NCBI GenBank assembly: GCA_047967505.1
Contig: CM106538.1
DNA: 64,000 bases
From: Dipteris shenzhenensis
Lineage: Eukaryota
Direction: 5' to 3' (one strand)
The notes below the pieces were generated by a model. The model saw only the letters and a list, made by a program, of their open reading frames with translations, made no database searches and had not been told where the DNA came from. Numbering within the stretch: the first letter of the stretch is position 1; the number at the start of each line of letters is the position of its first letter. Positions 10,957 through 24,789 of this stretch are shown here, one piece after another. Made by a program: the position numbers and the translations under genes.

Positions 10957-13851
10957 TGTTGAAAATGGGAGAGGGTGAGAGACACATGATTGGAGACAAG
11001 AGCTGAGGCACAATAGCTGATGTTGATAGTTGGTAGATTCGTAGCAAGTACATGGCCTCATTTATAGGCTGGCCTTATCTTCCCATACTGATACCTCATA
11101 GATGAGGTCACACACAAGAGAATCTAGATCCTATAATCTAGGGGAGGAATCACACCTACCACATGAGGTGGCACAAGTGGCCTCAAGACTCTTCACACTC
11201 ACACAACTATAGGACACTCCTAGGACTCTAGGACCACGCACATTAGGACCACACACACTAGGACTCCGATTCCAACAAACCCCCCTTTGGAGCTAGGGTG
11301 AGAGACTATGACATCATCCAGACTGTGCATCCTAGGCAATCTCAGAGGCTAACAGCTGAGCATAATTCAGAGGTTGAACCAAGGACTCTCATGGCTTAGG
11401 TGTCAACGTGATAAGAGACTCAAATCTGAGCATGGATGCATGACCAACTCATAGGTCTAGGGAGTACACCAACATCCTGGAACTCGGCCAGGCCTGATAA
11501 AGGAAAGACATAACAACCCCCCTGTCTCCTAACTGGGTACATGGAAATAAGTGGAGCCTTTTATAGGACAAGGCACACAAAAATGACAAATTATTACATC
11601 ATTTTAGGGAGACTACCCAAGTGACTCTAGAAAGCCCACTCTTCATCTATCACCTCATGGAGGGATAGACCAGAAACAGCAGCAGTGCAGGCTTGTTCCT
11701 CAGGTCCAGAAGGTGTAGCTTCATCGTCTTCGTCCTCGCTCTGCTCCGCAACTAGATTGGCATGTTCTTTGGCTTGTACCTTTGCCATTTTCTTGCAGCA
11801 ACGATCCCCTCGATGGCCAAGTTTCTGACAATAATTACATTTAAGAGGTTTTCCATTCTTCTTGGGCTTATTCTTGAGAAAGAATGCTTTGCCAGATTCG
11901 AAGGAAGATTCTGCTTTCTCTGTAAGCCTACGGTCCTCATCAATGAGATGAGCTACCATATCCTTAAAGCTCATATTGCGGCTGACTCTTAGGACAGCAA
12001 GGATCTCATTGTACTTGGAAATGTCTTCAATACTGGAAGTACAACAACTTGATCATCATCTTCAACAATGGCTCGGATGGCAAATAATTGTTGGAGAATT
12101 GACCCAAGATTGCTCAAGTGTTCATTGAGGGTTTCAGTTTCCTTCATCTTGAGCTTGAAGAGTTTTTGTTTGAGAAATACTTTGGAATTATTGATCTTAT
12201 TTCCAAACAAATTCTCTAACTTTTCCCAAACGTCATTTGCTCTCTTATCAAAATCCACATGGTGGATAAGGTTGTCAGCTAAAGCTAGGCCAATGATAGC
12301 CATTGCTTTATCATTTTGGTTCTCCCACCAACTGATTCTAGCATCATCACCTTGGGGTTTTGGCTCCTTGCCATTGGTGATATTCCATATGCCTTCTCGC
12401 ATAAGAAGAAGCCGGAGTTTTGTCTGCCAAGTTGGGAAATTGCTCCCTGAGATTTCTTGATGAACGAGGAGTTTTTTATGCTATCCATTGGTGGGAAGGT
12501 CTTAGCTGTTATTACAGCCAGTGTCTAAATCCCTTACAATGTTTACTCAGATTTCAAAAAAGACCCAAATTTTACATGGTAGAAGCTTCAATTATGCCAA
12601 AGGAAGACACAGAACAGAAAAGCCCTAAATTTTAGGGTTAGGTTTGCTGCAAAATTAGGGTTTGCAGAGAATTGGGGCTTTTCTAAATTTCTGACAGAAG
12701 AGTTCTTGTTCAACAGTTGGGAACCCTCACATCATGAAAACACCCAAAAAATTCGAGAAGTTGAGCATAAATTGTAAAGGGGCGAAAATTAGGGTTTCGG
12801 GCAGGAAATTGGTCACGAACAGGACCTGTGTCAGTCAAAATAACGACTGAATTGCTGCAGTATTATCTTCATATGTTGGTGGAGAGGAATCAATTGGAGA
12901 TCTTTAGAATGGCGAGCTTCGACACAGATAGAGCAGGGTTCAAGTCGGTCTGAATAGAGATAGAGCAGGGCTGCTACTGCATCAAGGCATCCTCAAGAGA
13001 CAGGGAGGCAACAAGAAATCGATGAGCCAAATCATGGACAACAGATCGTGAGGTTTATGGGCCCACCCCGCTTCCGCTGCGTTGACGTGCGAGTCGATGG
13101 CCATGGCCCTCAGGTCGTCAGTCACCGGTACATACGAGACGCCGCCAAGTCATCGCCTTGTTACAAGACCGGAGCTGTCGCAGGTCTAGCTACGTGGACA
13201 GTAGGAGAAGTTGCGTGCGCAACTAGAAGCAACGTGGGTGTGCGGGCACTCAGCAGGCTCGAGTAGGTAGAAGCTCTGCAGTATGGCGGGCAGAATGGCG
13301 CACGAGCGCGCGTGGGCAGATTGCGAGGGAGGCCGACTCTGGTGGTGCATGCAGCGTAAGTAGAGCGTAAGTAGAGGCAGCAGAAGAGTGGCGCAAGTGT
13401 GGCAGCGCAGCTCCTTGTTGATGACGCTCATCACCTCAAGGAGAGGAGGAAATCACGAGTAGCTACAAGAGGAGCTTACGAGGAGAGGAATGGGCAGGAC
13501 GCTTCAAGGTGGCTCTGATACCAACTGTTGAAAATGGGAGAGGGTGAGAGACACATGATTGGAGACAAGAGCTGAGGCACAATAGCTGATGTTGATAGTT
13601 GGTAGATTCGTAGCAAGTACATGGCCTCATTTATAGGCTGGGCAAGCCTTATCTTCCCATACTGATACCTCATAGATGAGGTCACACACAAGAGAATCTA
13701 GATCCTATAATCTAGGGGAGGAATCACACCTACCACATGAGGTGGCACAAGTGGCCTCAAGACTCTTCACACTTACACAACTATAGGACACTCCTAGGAC
13801 TCTAGGACCACGCACACTAGGACCACACACACTAGGACTCCGATTCCAACA
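10957..13851 (-). mobile_element. Gag-only non-autonomous Copia-type LTR retrotransposon (TR-GAG-like), element 1
   Basis: LTRs 10957-11277 and 13526-13851 (TGTTG..CAACA) differ by about 2 substitutions and one 5-bp indel. TSD CCTCT, tRNA-iMet PBS TGGTATCAGAGCC at 13511-13523, PPT at about 11278-11290. No pol in the 2.25-kb interior. Confidence 0.95.
11627..12488 (-). pseudogene. Copia-type Gag with two frameshifts
   Basis: G.NFPTWQTKL..LLMREGIW, KAMAIIGLALADNLIHHV..VWEKLENLF, LKQKLFKLKMKE and zinc knuckle CNYCQKLGHRGDRC. Ends DEEWAF*. Confidence 0.88.
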
Positions 13852-14689
13852 CCTCTATCTGGCACCCCCGCCCCCACACAACCTCTCCATATGTCCCTGC
13901 CATTTGTTCACACAAAAAGCCACCCTGCCCACTTTAAGTCTCCCATTTGTGTTTGTCATTCCTCATAGATGTTTGTCATTACAAAACCAATTGACATAAG
14001 GCGTTTGAGCAGCATGTTTGTGTAGCTTTATCCCTTATTTTATTTACCTCAAATCCGGCCTCCAGAAACTTCTGAGGAAAAAATACAGCTAGAACTATAT
14101 ACACAATCACGCAAAAGCCATCTCAATAGATATGAAGTTTGAATGAACCCAATGGAAAACAATGCAAAGGCAACCCAATTTGTCTCTATATATAGATTTT
14201 GGATTTTTCAGTCTATGTTCCTTAACAGATAACTGTGCAAATCCCATATCTCAATTGCAATGTTGACGATAACATTTAATGAAATTTCGAAGCAATTTAC
14301 TCTCTGCCCCTCACCCCCTCCCTATGGGCTACCTCCCTATATCCTATACCTGGCCCTCAGCCCCCGCACCTCCTCTCCATATGCCCCCACACACTCCATT
14401 AGTCCACACAAAAAGCCACCCTGCTCACTTTAATTCCCCCATTTACGTTTGTCATTCTTCATAGATGTGTGATAATTTGTTTCTATTTGATGCTCTTTAT
14501 GCTTGATCTTCTCAATTGTCAAGAATGGTTTGGATTCTGTAGTCCACCGGTTTTCCATACGGGTTTCTATTTAGAGTCCTTTGTCTTTCTTGGTCATCAG
14601 TCGGCTCAGGTTGCTTTCTCCCTGAATGCTTTATTGCATGCTACTTCAATTTGCAGGTTTGTCTAAATGGTGTGCAATTGGCCATTTCT

Positions 14690-15050
14690 TGGCAAGTCAG
14701 CTTGATACTGGCATCCTTCTTTGATTCACATCTAAGGTCCATCTTTGATGTCTTTTGTGTCAACGTTTTTACGTTTTGTCTAACCAGCCAACCGATTGCC
14801 ACATTGCATGCCGACTGCCATGTAAGCATCTGCTGCCACATGTATTGCCACGTCAGATCCATACAGCGCACATGGCTGTTTGCCATGTCAACAGCCTCCT
14901 ACACTAGCCATGTTAGCACCGTACTGTCCATACATCTGCCTATGCGTTCCATGGTCTGTGGTGGCTCCTTGGTGTGTTGTCCATGTGTATAGGATGCCAC
15001 GTCAAGGCCATGTCATCGCCTCGTGTGTCGGGTGCTGTGTGCCAACTCTG
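14690..15050. repeat. TGCCA(C/T)(G/A)T-rich subrepeats, possibly a decayed non-autonomous DNA transposon
   Basis: Many TGCCACGTCA/TGCCATGT variants in a cluster. No TIR or TSD could be assigned. Confidence 0.35.
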
Positions 15051-15559
15051 CATCCTTTTGGATGTGCATGGAGAGATGATCCGGACAGCCATATGCTGTC
15101 CTGAGCATGCAGCCCATCTCAAACAAGATGATGGATGGCTGCATCCTGATGCTCAGCATCTCATCTCCACCTAAACTACATGTGCATGGCTTCTCATCTA
15201 AGGCACTTACAGTGTGGGAAACTAAGCTACAGCAAAGCCTAATAGAGGGTGAAGGATTGACCTTAGAACCAGGCACTTGTCAACTATGGATAGAGTTGCA
15301 GCTTGTAATTGTTGATGCTACTTCTACTACACCAGAGGTCCTGTGGGGTCCCTAATGGACATTCATAATGTCAAATCATATGATCCCCTCCCTCTGTCTC
15401 TCTATTAACTTAAGTCCTCTACAGCCAGACTGTATAAAAGGGTCATAGCCGAGCTTAGTTGTCCCAGCAAAAATTCCACCCCTAAAGCCTCTTTTATCAA
15501 TGACATAGGAGCGAAACAAGGCTGCCTCCCTCCCCACACTCTTTGGACTCTTCACAGAT

Positions 15560-16620
15560 GGCCTAGAGCGATGGATAAGACAAAAGGGTGGATTGGGCAT
15601 TCAGATTGCAGGATATATGGTTTCTACGCAGATAATATGGTCCCTTTTGCCAAAAATACAGCTCAGCTTCAAAAGCACCTTAATGTTCTCTTAGATTCTA
15701 CAAAAACAGATGCATGATTGTAGACCAAGGTGATAAAGGATAATTCTGATTCTAATTTCTTTGATGGAAGCCACCTATAAGTGATGAAATCCTACTAGTA
15801 TCCAGGACTGGATTTTGAGGACAACTACAAATGGAATCTATGTGTAGAAAAGAGGATACTTGGAGGTCTAAAAGCTTTGTTCATCTTACAAAACAAATGC
15901 AGGAAATCAGACATTTGGAATTGGAATATGAGGAAATTCTTTGTTCAACTCCAGTTCAGCCAGTGGTCTTGTACGGCTGTCAAGTATGGGGTACAACTCT
16001 AGCAAAAGAAATGTGGAAAAGAATAGAAAATTTCAGAAAAGGTTCCGAATACAAGAGCTAAGGTAAGAGTGCAAACTCCCTATCCCATGATTTTGGCAAA
16101 AACCAAAATGTGCTTCTTGAGGATGAAGCAAGATGTATCTTGATCTCTTACATGGTCAAACTGAGAAAATGGACAGCAACAGAATACCTTAGAAAGAGAT
16201 GGAAGACACAAGAGAAAAAGGATGGTTCGAGGCACATAATTGGTTGGAAAGATGGGATATCTCAAGCCAAATTCTACCTGAGAAGAAAAGGACCATAAGG
16301 GACTTTGTGCAGCTGAAAGTGGTGGACACTTCGTGGAGAGGATGTAAGGGGAAAATGGAGTTCTACAAGAAAGATATCAACCCCATGCAGTACCTCAAAG
16401 CCAATATCTTCATGTACAAGAGACATGCTATTTGCAGATTTGGAGTCAGCTCCCACACAGGAGAGGCTCTGTGAAATCTGTGAGGATAGTTTGATAAAGG
16501 AGGAGCATCACTTTATATGTTCCTATCAGGGATACTCAGCGATCAGATTGACACAAGATATGCAGACGGTGATCCCACCAGATCTAACGACTTTTAGGCA
16601 GAGTTAGGATGTTGACTGGG
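15560..16620 (+). mobile_element. Highly degenerate RTE/RTEX-like LINE fragment (different subfamily)
   Basis: FYADNMVPF..QLQKHLNVL, VQPVVLYGCQVWG, AICRFGVSSH and LCEICE...EEHHFICSY. Confidence 0.7.
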
Positions 16621-17029
16621 TGGATAGAGGAGTCATGAGCAGGATAAGCTACAAGGCCAAAGTTGCTTGAACACATAGGGAGAGAATGGAAGAGTGAAAA
16701 TGAAATTTGTAATCTCACATCTGACCACCTTGCAGTAGCCGTGTTGGCATCAAGGGAAGGTGTTGAGAATTGTGGTGCCATGGAGCATAAGAGTAATGGT
16801 GAGTGGTAGAAGAGTGGTAGGAAGTAGAAAAATATGTGATTGGAAGATGGAGATTGCAAGAATATGCCAATCTTGTGTCCTCATGGAGTGAGTTTCTTGT
16901 GTGGTTTGACCCCCCATGATCTTGTTGCTCATTCCACCTTGCACTAGGAGAGCTCGGTCCCACTTTCTTCACTAGCTGAGTTTGGAGCATCCCCACTACA
17001 GGTTCTCACAAATCTCTACCGTATTAAAC

Positions 17030-18100
17030 ACCATGGGTCTTGCATCACAGGGTGATGTAGGCTTCATTGGCTGGCTTTATGCTCCTCCATGGCACTAGTG
17101 GCAAAGGGTGAGTAGAGGTGTTGGTATGCACGTACATGCAGATGGTTTGAGAGCCTAGGGCTCCACATAGATAGGTTACCTCCCTTCAAAACAGTGTTGA
17201 GGCCCGTTAACCAGGTCATCCAAGAGGATCTTTTACAGTTACACACATTCAGGACTTGGTTGGCACCCCGCAAGCTCCTAGTGAAGCTCAATTTTTGTAA
17301 AGACCATTACGTGCTAATTTCAGCAGAGGTTTTTAATGATCCACCAGGGTATACACGGATCCCCACCTCTGCCACTCCCCAAAGATATCTATCGGGCAGT
17401 TCCACGTCTCATCCCACCGACTTCGCATTGAGATTGGACAAGCAAAGGTATATCCAAAGAGGGTCACATTTGCACGCTATGCTATTGTGAGGAGATCGAG
17501 TCGAAGGAGCATTTTGCTTTCAGATATACCAAGTGTATTACAAGATCAGAGGTCGCTTCACTGCCTCTTTAGGGATGGTTTTGGACCTCTATCCAGCCTT
17601 TTGTCTTACCCAGATTAGAGGTGCTTGGCAACTTTCATCCATGAGATCATCCGACATAGGGAGAATTTGCTACGCACAGCCACACTCCACTCATAGCAAA
17701 ATCATTAGTTTTTCCAGCCAGACAGCACTAACCAGCAATGTTTAAGGAGATGACAAGCCCACGGAACAAAGGAGGAGGGACTTCAGACTTGCCAACGTGT
17801 TGAGACACAGATGAAACTAGAGGACCTCCCTTCCATGCTCACCAGATTGGAGACACGGCCGATTGGCATGACAGTAGCACTAGTTTGTTATAGGGCCGTT
17901 GTTGCTAGGAGACACAAGTACTAGCAGCCGTCAGCATCCATCACAAGTTTTATGCCACCACAGCAGCCTCAACACATCGACAACCCCCTCTTAGGCTTGG
18001 CTTCTCCACTAGCCCTCCCTAGATGGTCATCACAGTGCCGCCAGCCCTCACCCTCTCCATGAGCCCATAGAGTTCTCTCTCTTTATGTATCGGTATCGTT
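17030..18100 (+). mobile_element. Degenerate RTEX-type LINE 3' fragment
   Basis: VNQVIQEDLLQLHTFRTWLAPRKLLVKLNFC, DPPGYTRI and YYKIRGR, homologous to 22585-23187. Confidence 0.8.
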
Positions 18101-18403
18101 ATAATCATGGTTTTCCTATTGTGTTCATCATGGGTGTTGATGCTCTAAGAAATGCTGTGGAACAGGTGCCAAAAGCAAGGAAATAGTGATACCTAAAATT
18201 TAAAGTAACACGCTTCTCTTGTTTGCAATTAACATGCAAGGCCTCACTCGTCACAGATCCAAGTATGAGGCAAGAGGGAGGCTTTGATGGCGATTGAAAG
18301 TACAAAGAAGACAAGCGCATAGCACAAAGAAATGTATTCCAGAATGAGCCACCAGAAAATAAACCACACAGAGAGTTGCTTTAGTAGGCCAACCTTTAAA
18401 AAG

Positions 18404-18587
18404 TCAAATGCTACAGTTCACTCGCTTACATAATGTGATTATTTTGCAGAAAAGTGAACTTCTATTAAGTATGACCCATGCACATAAAAACAAGATCAAA
18501 TGCTACAATTGACTAGCTTACATAATGTGATTATTTTGCACAAAAGTGAACTTCTATTAAGTATGACCCATGCACATAGAAACAAGA
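18404..18587. repeat. Tandem duplication, 2 x 92 bp
   Basis: TCAAATGCTACA...ATGACCCATGCACATA.AAACAAGA repeated head to tail with a few mismatches. Confidence 0.92.
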
Positions 18588-18938
18588 TAAAATCCAAAAA
18601 CCTAATATAAAATCATGCAAAAAAGAAAGGAGGACGTCAAAATCATGAGATGCATCTACTTTTTAGTCTCACCGGTCCCTTTTTATCTTTGCAAAAGTTA
18701 AGAAGTCTCTCTCTTCTTTTTTCCTCTTCTTTCTATAATTACCATCACATTTATAGAGAAAAATTCCATCCCCAAAAAAAAAAAACATGGCACATTTCCT
18801 CATAATTACCTCATACCCAAATCGACTCAGCATTACTTTCCAAAATACACGTGCAAGAGAGGTAAATACACTTGTCCATCCCAAACTTTACTCCTTGCTA
18901 CATGGCTACCAAGAATTCGAAAGACTAATGCAGCATAC

Positions 18939-19014
18939 CTTCAACCATTGTTTCAGCTTCAAAAATGTTTGAACTTGCCTGCAGCTGAACGAAGTCATTC
19001 ATAATAGCCTCCAC
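18939..19014 (-). CDS. BIN4: BIN4/MIDGET exon (76 bp): VEAIMNDFVQLQASSNIFEAETMVE(G)
   Basis: Polypyrimidine tract plus CAG acceptor, GTATG donor. The peptide matches the conserved BIN4 segment (recalled as IEAIMNDFIQL.PQSNVYEAETMVEG). Confidence 0.92.
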
Positions 19015-19099
19015 CTGAGAAAAGAAAACATGAATAAAACTCAAGGACATAAGACACATGAATTGGTTAATCTCAATACTTTAACGTTCTAATAGAGAG

Positions 19100-22000
19100 A
19101 AGGAAAGAATGAATGAAAGTTTATTAAAGTCTTCATAAGACCAAGAGTCTATGAGACTAAAAGAACCTGATACAATGAGCTGAGAGGAGGAGCCTCTACG
19201 TGGGTATCAAATATAATAAAAACTCATAATCATAATACATGGAGAGAACTCTCTGAGCTCATGGCGGCGATGGGAGCTGGCGCCGCTGTGGTAATCATCT
19301 AGAAGTTGGCGGATATGTCAAGCCTAAGAGGGGATCGCCGATATGGGAGAGGCTGTTGTGGCAGCATGAAACCTGTGATGGGATGCTGACGACTGTCGGC
19401 TATGTGGTCCATTGTGGCCTCTTGGCTATGGCCCTGCGGCAAACAAGTGACAGTGTCACTCGTGTCGTCGTGTCTTTGATTTGGTGAGCATGGAGGGAAG
19501 GTCCCCTACTCTGATCTATGCCTCAACCCAATCATGATTCTAACGTGTCTCTTGCTCTAATACTTAGGAGCCTTGTCTCCCTGACCCCTGCTGGCCCATG
19601 CTGTATGGCTGGAAAAACGTAGTGATCATGCTCTGAGTGGGGTTTGGCTGTACAACTTGATCTTGCCTACACAACCTGAGCAAATGATCCCTATCTCCAA
19701 CCGCCTCATGGATGAAAGGTGCCAGGATGCTTCGTGAGGATACGGGGGTATCCCCCTATCTAGATATCTACTCAGACATTGTGGAGTTCTCCAGACGCGG
19801 AGAGGTCCTCCTAGTTGGGGATTTCAACACAAGGACAGGTGCACATCAGACATCACTCCTGGACCTGGACTTCCACTCAGATCCGGTCCTATTACCTGAG
19901 ATGGACACAGAGGACTCGGGCTTCCCCCGCTCCTCGGCTGACAGTCGCGCTCCCGTTACTGCGTATGGGCAGGCTCTTTTAAACCTTGGACGTATACATG
20001 ATCTCGTCATCTACAATGGACTAGACCGGTGGCCTGCCTCCTCTGGTTTCACATGTTTCCCACATGGCGGAGAAGTCAATGTCGTGACTACATTCTCGGA
20101 TCTCCTGCTTTAGCCCCACAGATCACTGCACCCTTACCCCCAGGAGCCGATCACACTAACCTGTTCTTTCATATCTTCGTGAGGATACGGGGGTATCCCC
20201 CTATCTAGATCTCTACTCAGACATTGTGGAGTTCTCCAGACGCGGAGAGGTCCTCCTAGTTGGGGATTTCAACGCAAGGACAGGTGCACATCAGACATCA
20301 CTCCTGGACTTCCACTTAGATCCGGTCCTATTACCTGAGATGGACACAGAGGACTCGGGCTTCCCCCGCTCCTCGGCTGACAGTCGCGCTCCCGTTATTG
20401 CGTATGGGCAGGCTCTTTTGGACCTTGGACATATACATGATCTGGTCATCTACAATGGACTAGACCGGTGGCCTGCCTCCTCTGGTTTCACATGTTTCCC
20501 ATATGGCGTAGGAGCCAGTGTCATCAACTACATTCTGGGATCTCCTGCTTTAGCCCCACAGATCACTGACTTCCGCACTGCACCCTTACGCCCAGGAGCC
20601 GATCACACTTACCTGTTCTTTCATATCCTTGCGCCCCGAGCCCCTCCCAGCCGCACCCCGCACTACACTACCTATCATGATATACACTTTGATCATAACC
20701 TCTCACCTGATTACTCAGCCCACCTAGCCTCCCTCCTCAGACACATAGACACCATACCCTCTCTAGATCACCGAGCCACCCTTATCACCCACTCCCTTCA
20801 CAATGCAGCCCGCCACATTTTTCCTTCCACTACTCGGTCCACCCGCCCTCCACCCGCTGGCTCCACCCCTTGCAATAGTTGGTATGATGACGAGTGTAAA
20901 GCATTACGCCGCACACTCCGACTCACGACCCAACGAAATGCTAGGGCCAACCTATGTCTCACCAAGGATTATTGTCGACTAGTCCATCGCAAGAAGCTAG
21001 CCTTCCTGCGCCAGAATGAGGATACGTTACTGAACATTCTGTTTAGTAGCAACTCCAAGGATTTCTGGAGGAAATTCCTAGAACGCCGATCCCCCTCCCC
21101 CCTCACAGACACTTCCCTCTGGCACTCCTACGCACGTACACTCTATGATATCCCTGATCAGCCTCCTCCCGACCTCTCAGCCACCCCCCGCCCCACTTCT
21201 TGTATCCTCTTCACAACCCAGGGAGTCACCCATGCAGCGCATAAGCTTCACAACGGCCAAGCTAAGGATCATGAGGGCCTATGCACAGAGTTTGTTGCCT
21301 ATGGCATCAAAACTCTAGCCCCCATCCTGGCAACGCTGTTCAATGAAGCTGTCTGCCACGGGTTCCCCAGAGCCTGGACCTAAACACTATCACACCCATC
21401 CACAAAGCAGGAGATCCCATGGATCCAGAGAATTACAGGACCATCATGATTGGACATGTTATGTCCAAGATCTATGCATCAGTGTTAGATGGCGAGGTCA
21501 GTGCTCGCGCACAAGTACAGGGGCTCAGGGCATCCGGACAAGCCCGCTTCAGGGCGGATCACTCGACTTACGATCACATTTTTACACTTAGAGGGATCAT
21601 TGAGGAGGCCAGACACAAGAGACAGAGAGTATATTGTTGCTTTGTGGATTTCCGCAAGGCATTCGACACCGTTCCCCGTGCCCGACTCGTCAGACGCCTG
21701 CAGGAGTTAGGCTACGACTCGGTGATTATCTGGGCAGTAGTAGCTCTCTATGAGCGGGTGACGGGGCAGGTCAGGATTGGCACCAGCTAGACCCCAGTGA
21801 TCACGAGCACTATCAGAGTCAAACAAGGATGTCCCTTGTCACCGACTCTATTTGGCCTCTACATCGACGAGCTCGAGACCACCATCAGGACACTCGGAGG
21901 TGCAGGCAGCTCTCTTGCGGAGGCTGTCATCCAGATTCTCCTATACGCAGACGATGTAGTACTACTATCCTCTTCTGCTACTGGTCTTCAACGACACCTG

Positions 22001-24700
22001 GATGGACTTCAGGTCTTCTGTGATACACATGACTTGAAGGTCAACCTTGGGAAAACCAAGGTGATGATCTTCAACACTTCCAGACCCGCTATGCACCGAG
22101 AGCAGTTCCTCTTCGCCGGCGACCCTGTTGAGATAGTTGACTCTTACACATACTTGGGCGTTGTCTTCTCAGGCCCGATCTTCACGATGCGCCCGGCCAT
22201 GCAGGCCAGGATCAGCCGGGGATCAACGCCCTTGCCAGGCTGGAGCGACATTGCTACCACTCCCACTTCCAGGACCCGCGGACCAAGTCTCTCCTTTTTG
22301 ATTCTTTGGTCCGCCCAGCAGGCATGTATGGTAGCCCGTGGTGGGGAGTCGACCTTTCAGACACAGAGTGGGCTCGAGTCGAGCGCCTACAGATACTGAT
22401 GTTTGCTCGGATGATCCGCAGCAAACCATCGGTACCACACTAGATCATTCTAGTAGAGTTCGGCGCCTCACCCCTACAGCTTGATGCGGCTTTTCAAGCT
22501 ATCACCTATCTCCACAGAGTCAGGGATTTCAGCTCCTCCGCCGACGGTCACCTCTGCCTACCTTGGCTAGCCCTATTCTCCTCTATGGCCTTATCCGTTG
22601 ATGGGGACCAGCCATGCTCGTATAGTCGTCTTTCCAGTTGGTTCACCCGACTGGGCCTCGACTTAGACCGATTGCCTCCTTTTCAGTACAGCCTCGACGC
22701 TCCACCATCTCCCCTCTCCCCCACTGACCAGGAGGTCAACCGGCTCATTCGAGCGGATCTGCTCCAGCTCCACACCTGGCGGACATGGTTTCTTCACTCC
22801 GAGCTTCCTGTGAAGCTCGACTTCTACCGCCGACACTGCCTCCAGATTTCACAGGAGGGCTTCATCACACCTCCGGGTTACACACAGCTTCATCTACCAC
22901 ATGCGCTCCGGATCTCCCTCGGTCAGTTTAGGGTCTCGTCACACCGATTACGGATCGAGAGCGGACGCGCAGAGGGTATCCCACGAGAGGACCGCCTTTG
23001 CCCACTTTGCGACTTGCAGGAGATCAAGTCGGAGGAGCACTTTGCTTTCAGATGTCCTATCTATTATGCCATTCGAGGCCGGTACCACTGCCTCTTCCGC
23101 GACGGATTCGGCCCCCTCCCACACATGCTGCAGTTCTCGGATCAGCGATGCCTAGCCGCTTTCTTACATGAGATGACTCGCCACTGAGATACCTCTCTCC
23201 AAGCACGGCGACACGAGCAACACACACAATGTGAGGACACCCAGCGGCCTATCACTTATTTCTTCCAGTCACAGGATACCTCTCCTCAGTCTAGCCGACG
23301 ATGCAGACATGAGCGAGAGCCAGAGCCACGACAGCTGCGCCAGCGGACAGACTCACACATCGGGGTCCATGACATCTCGTCTCTGCTCTCTGTCCGCCCC
23401 ACCGAGGTTACCGTTGCCCTCATCCATAGGGCCACCCGCCGCCCCCGACGACCGAGCTCGATTAGGCCGCGTGACGTCAGAGGCCAATCATCTATCGCAG
23501 GGTTTTTTCTGGCCTCCCATTTGACGGCCCCTCTATGATTGGTCTCTGACGATCACCACCTGCACATATATACTGTATCTCCCCCCTCTATCCCATTTTT
23601 GTTTTTTGTATCATCTGGAGGTAGACACATATTTTTTGTATCAGGACTAGACACACCGTCCTTCATAGCCTCTTTTTTGTAGAAACGGTTGGCTGGCCCG
23701 TTTTGAGACCGCCACCGTTATGCTCATTGTATCAGTTATCTTTAGTCTCATAGACCTTCACGGTCTCCCAAAGACTTTAATAAACTTTCTTTCTTTCTTT
23801 CTTTCTTTCTAATTTGGGTAGGACATGAGACTAGATAGGGGTCCAAACCCATCCTTGAAGAGGCACTGGTGGCAACCTCTGATCTCATAGTACACCAGGC
23901 ATCTGAGAGCAAAATGCTCCTCCAACTCAATCTCCTCATGATTGCATAGGGTGCAAATGAAACCCTCTCTAGTAATGCCCTCTGCCGTCCACTCTCAATG
24001 CGAAGTCGGTGTGATGGGACGCAAAACTGCCCAATAGATATCCTCAAGGAGTGGGAGGTGGATCCGTGTGTATCTTGGTGGATCAATGAAGCCCTCTGCT
24101 GAGATCCGCAAGCAATGGTCTCTGTAAAAACTGAGCTTCACATGGAGCTTGTGGGGTGCCAACTAGGTCGTGAATGTATGTAACTATAAGAGATCCTCTC
24201 AGATGACCTGGTTCACCTCGTAATATGTGAGTGGGACGAAGGGGGCCTCAATGTTGTCTTGGAAGAGAGCAATATGTCTATGTGGAGCCCCAGGTTCTCA
24301 AACCACCTGCGTGTATGTGCGTACTAGCACCTCTGGTCACCCTTAACCGCCACGGCCATGGATGCAAATAGGGCCAACCACCGTGCAAGAGCTCTACTCC
24401 TAATGTGGTAGAGATACAAGATAACTTGGAACACTATATCAAGCTGTAGTGGGGATGCTCCAAACTTGGCCAGGACTGAAGGCTTACTGTGGATCATCCG
24501 TGAGAGCATGAGAATTGAGGTCTCTCAACTTGGGCCCAATTGTCTCTGATATGTTTGGCCCCCAACAAGGGCTGCCATTGATAGGCCCCCAACAAGGGCT
24601 GCCATAATACTAGCTGGGCAGACCAAAGAGTCAAAGAGAAGAGTCTTGGTCCAGGGATTCTAGAAATGAGAGTGAAAGCACTACTGCCACTCAAGCCTAG
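19100..24700 (-). mobile_element. Degenerate RTEX-type LINE (19100-19730 + 23811-24700) split by a plus-strand RTEX copy
   Basis: 3' tail and stem-loop at about 19100-19160. Zinc-finger and MLSRMIHSKPS..FGASPLQLD motifs at 23811-24510. The halves rejoin colinearly with 51745-51800. Confidence 0.85.
19731..23810 (+). mobile_element. RTEX-type LINE: most of ORF2 (APE endonuclease, RT, C-terminal zinc finger), 3' UTR and (TTTC)n tail; 5' end tandemly duplicated
   Basis: GDFNARTG, NYRTIMI, FVDFRKAFDTV, KQGCPLSPTLF, LYADD, CPLC...EEHFAFRCP, with a few stops and a frameshift. 19731-20175 is repeated at 20176-20627. Confidence 0.93.
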
Positions 24701-24789
24701 ATGGCTGCAGAGTGGATATACCAACCCATTCTTTTCCTCAAGATAGCTCTCCGGCATCAAGTTTCCTCATTTGGGCTGCTCAATCACAC

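Larger units (their letters stand above)
10697..14468. repeat. Local tandem duplication of about 390 bp; copy 1 (10697-10956 + 13857-13970) is split by the Copia-type element, copy 2 is about 14073-14468
   Basis: Shared blocks such as AAAAAATACAG...CAATCACGCAAAAGCCATCTCA and CACACAAAAAGCCACCCTGC...TTTGTCATTC.TCATAGATGT. Confidence 0.9.

Noticed and set aside
18110-18380. Additional exon-like segments on the minus strand (also 10455-10556)
   Set aside because: Not needed: the flanking BIN4 exons join in phase with contiguous homology, and these peptides do not resemble BIN4.
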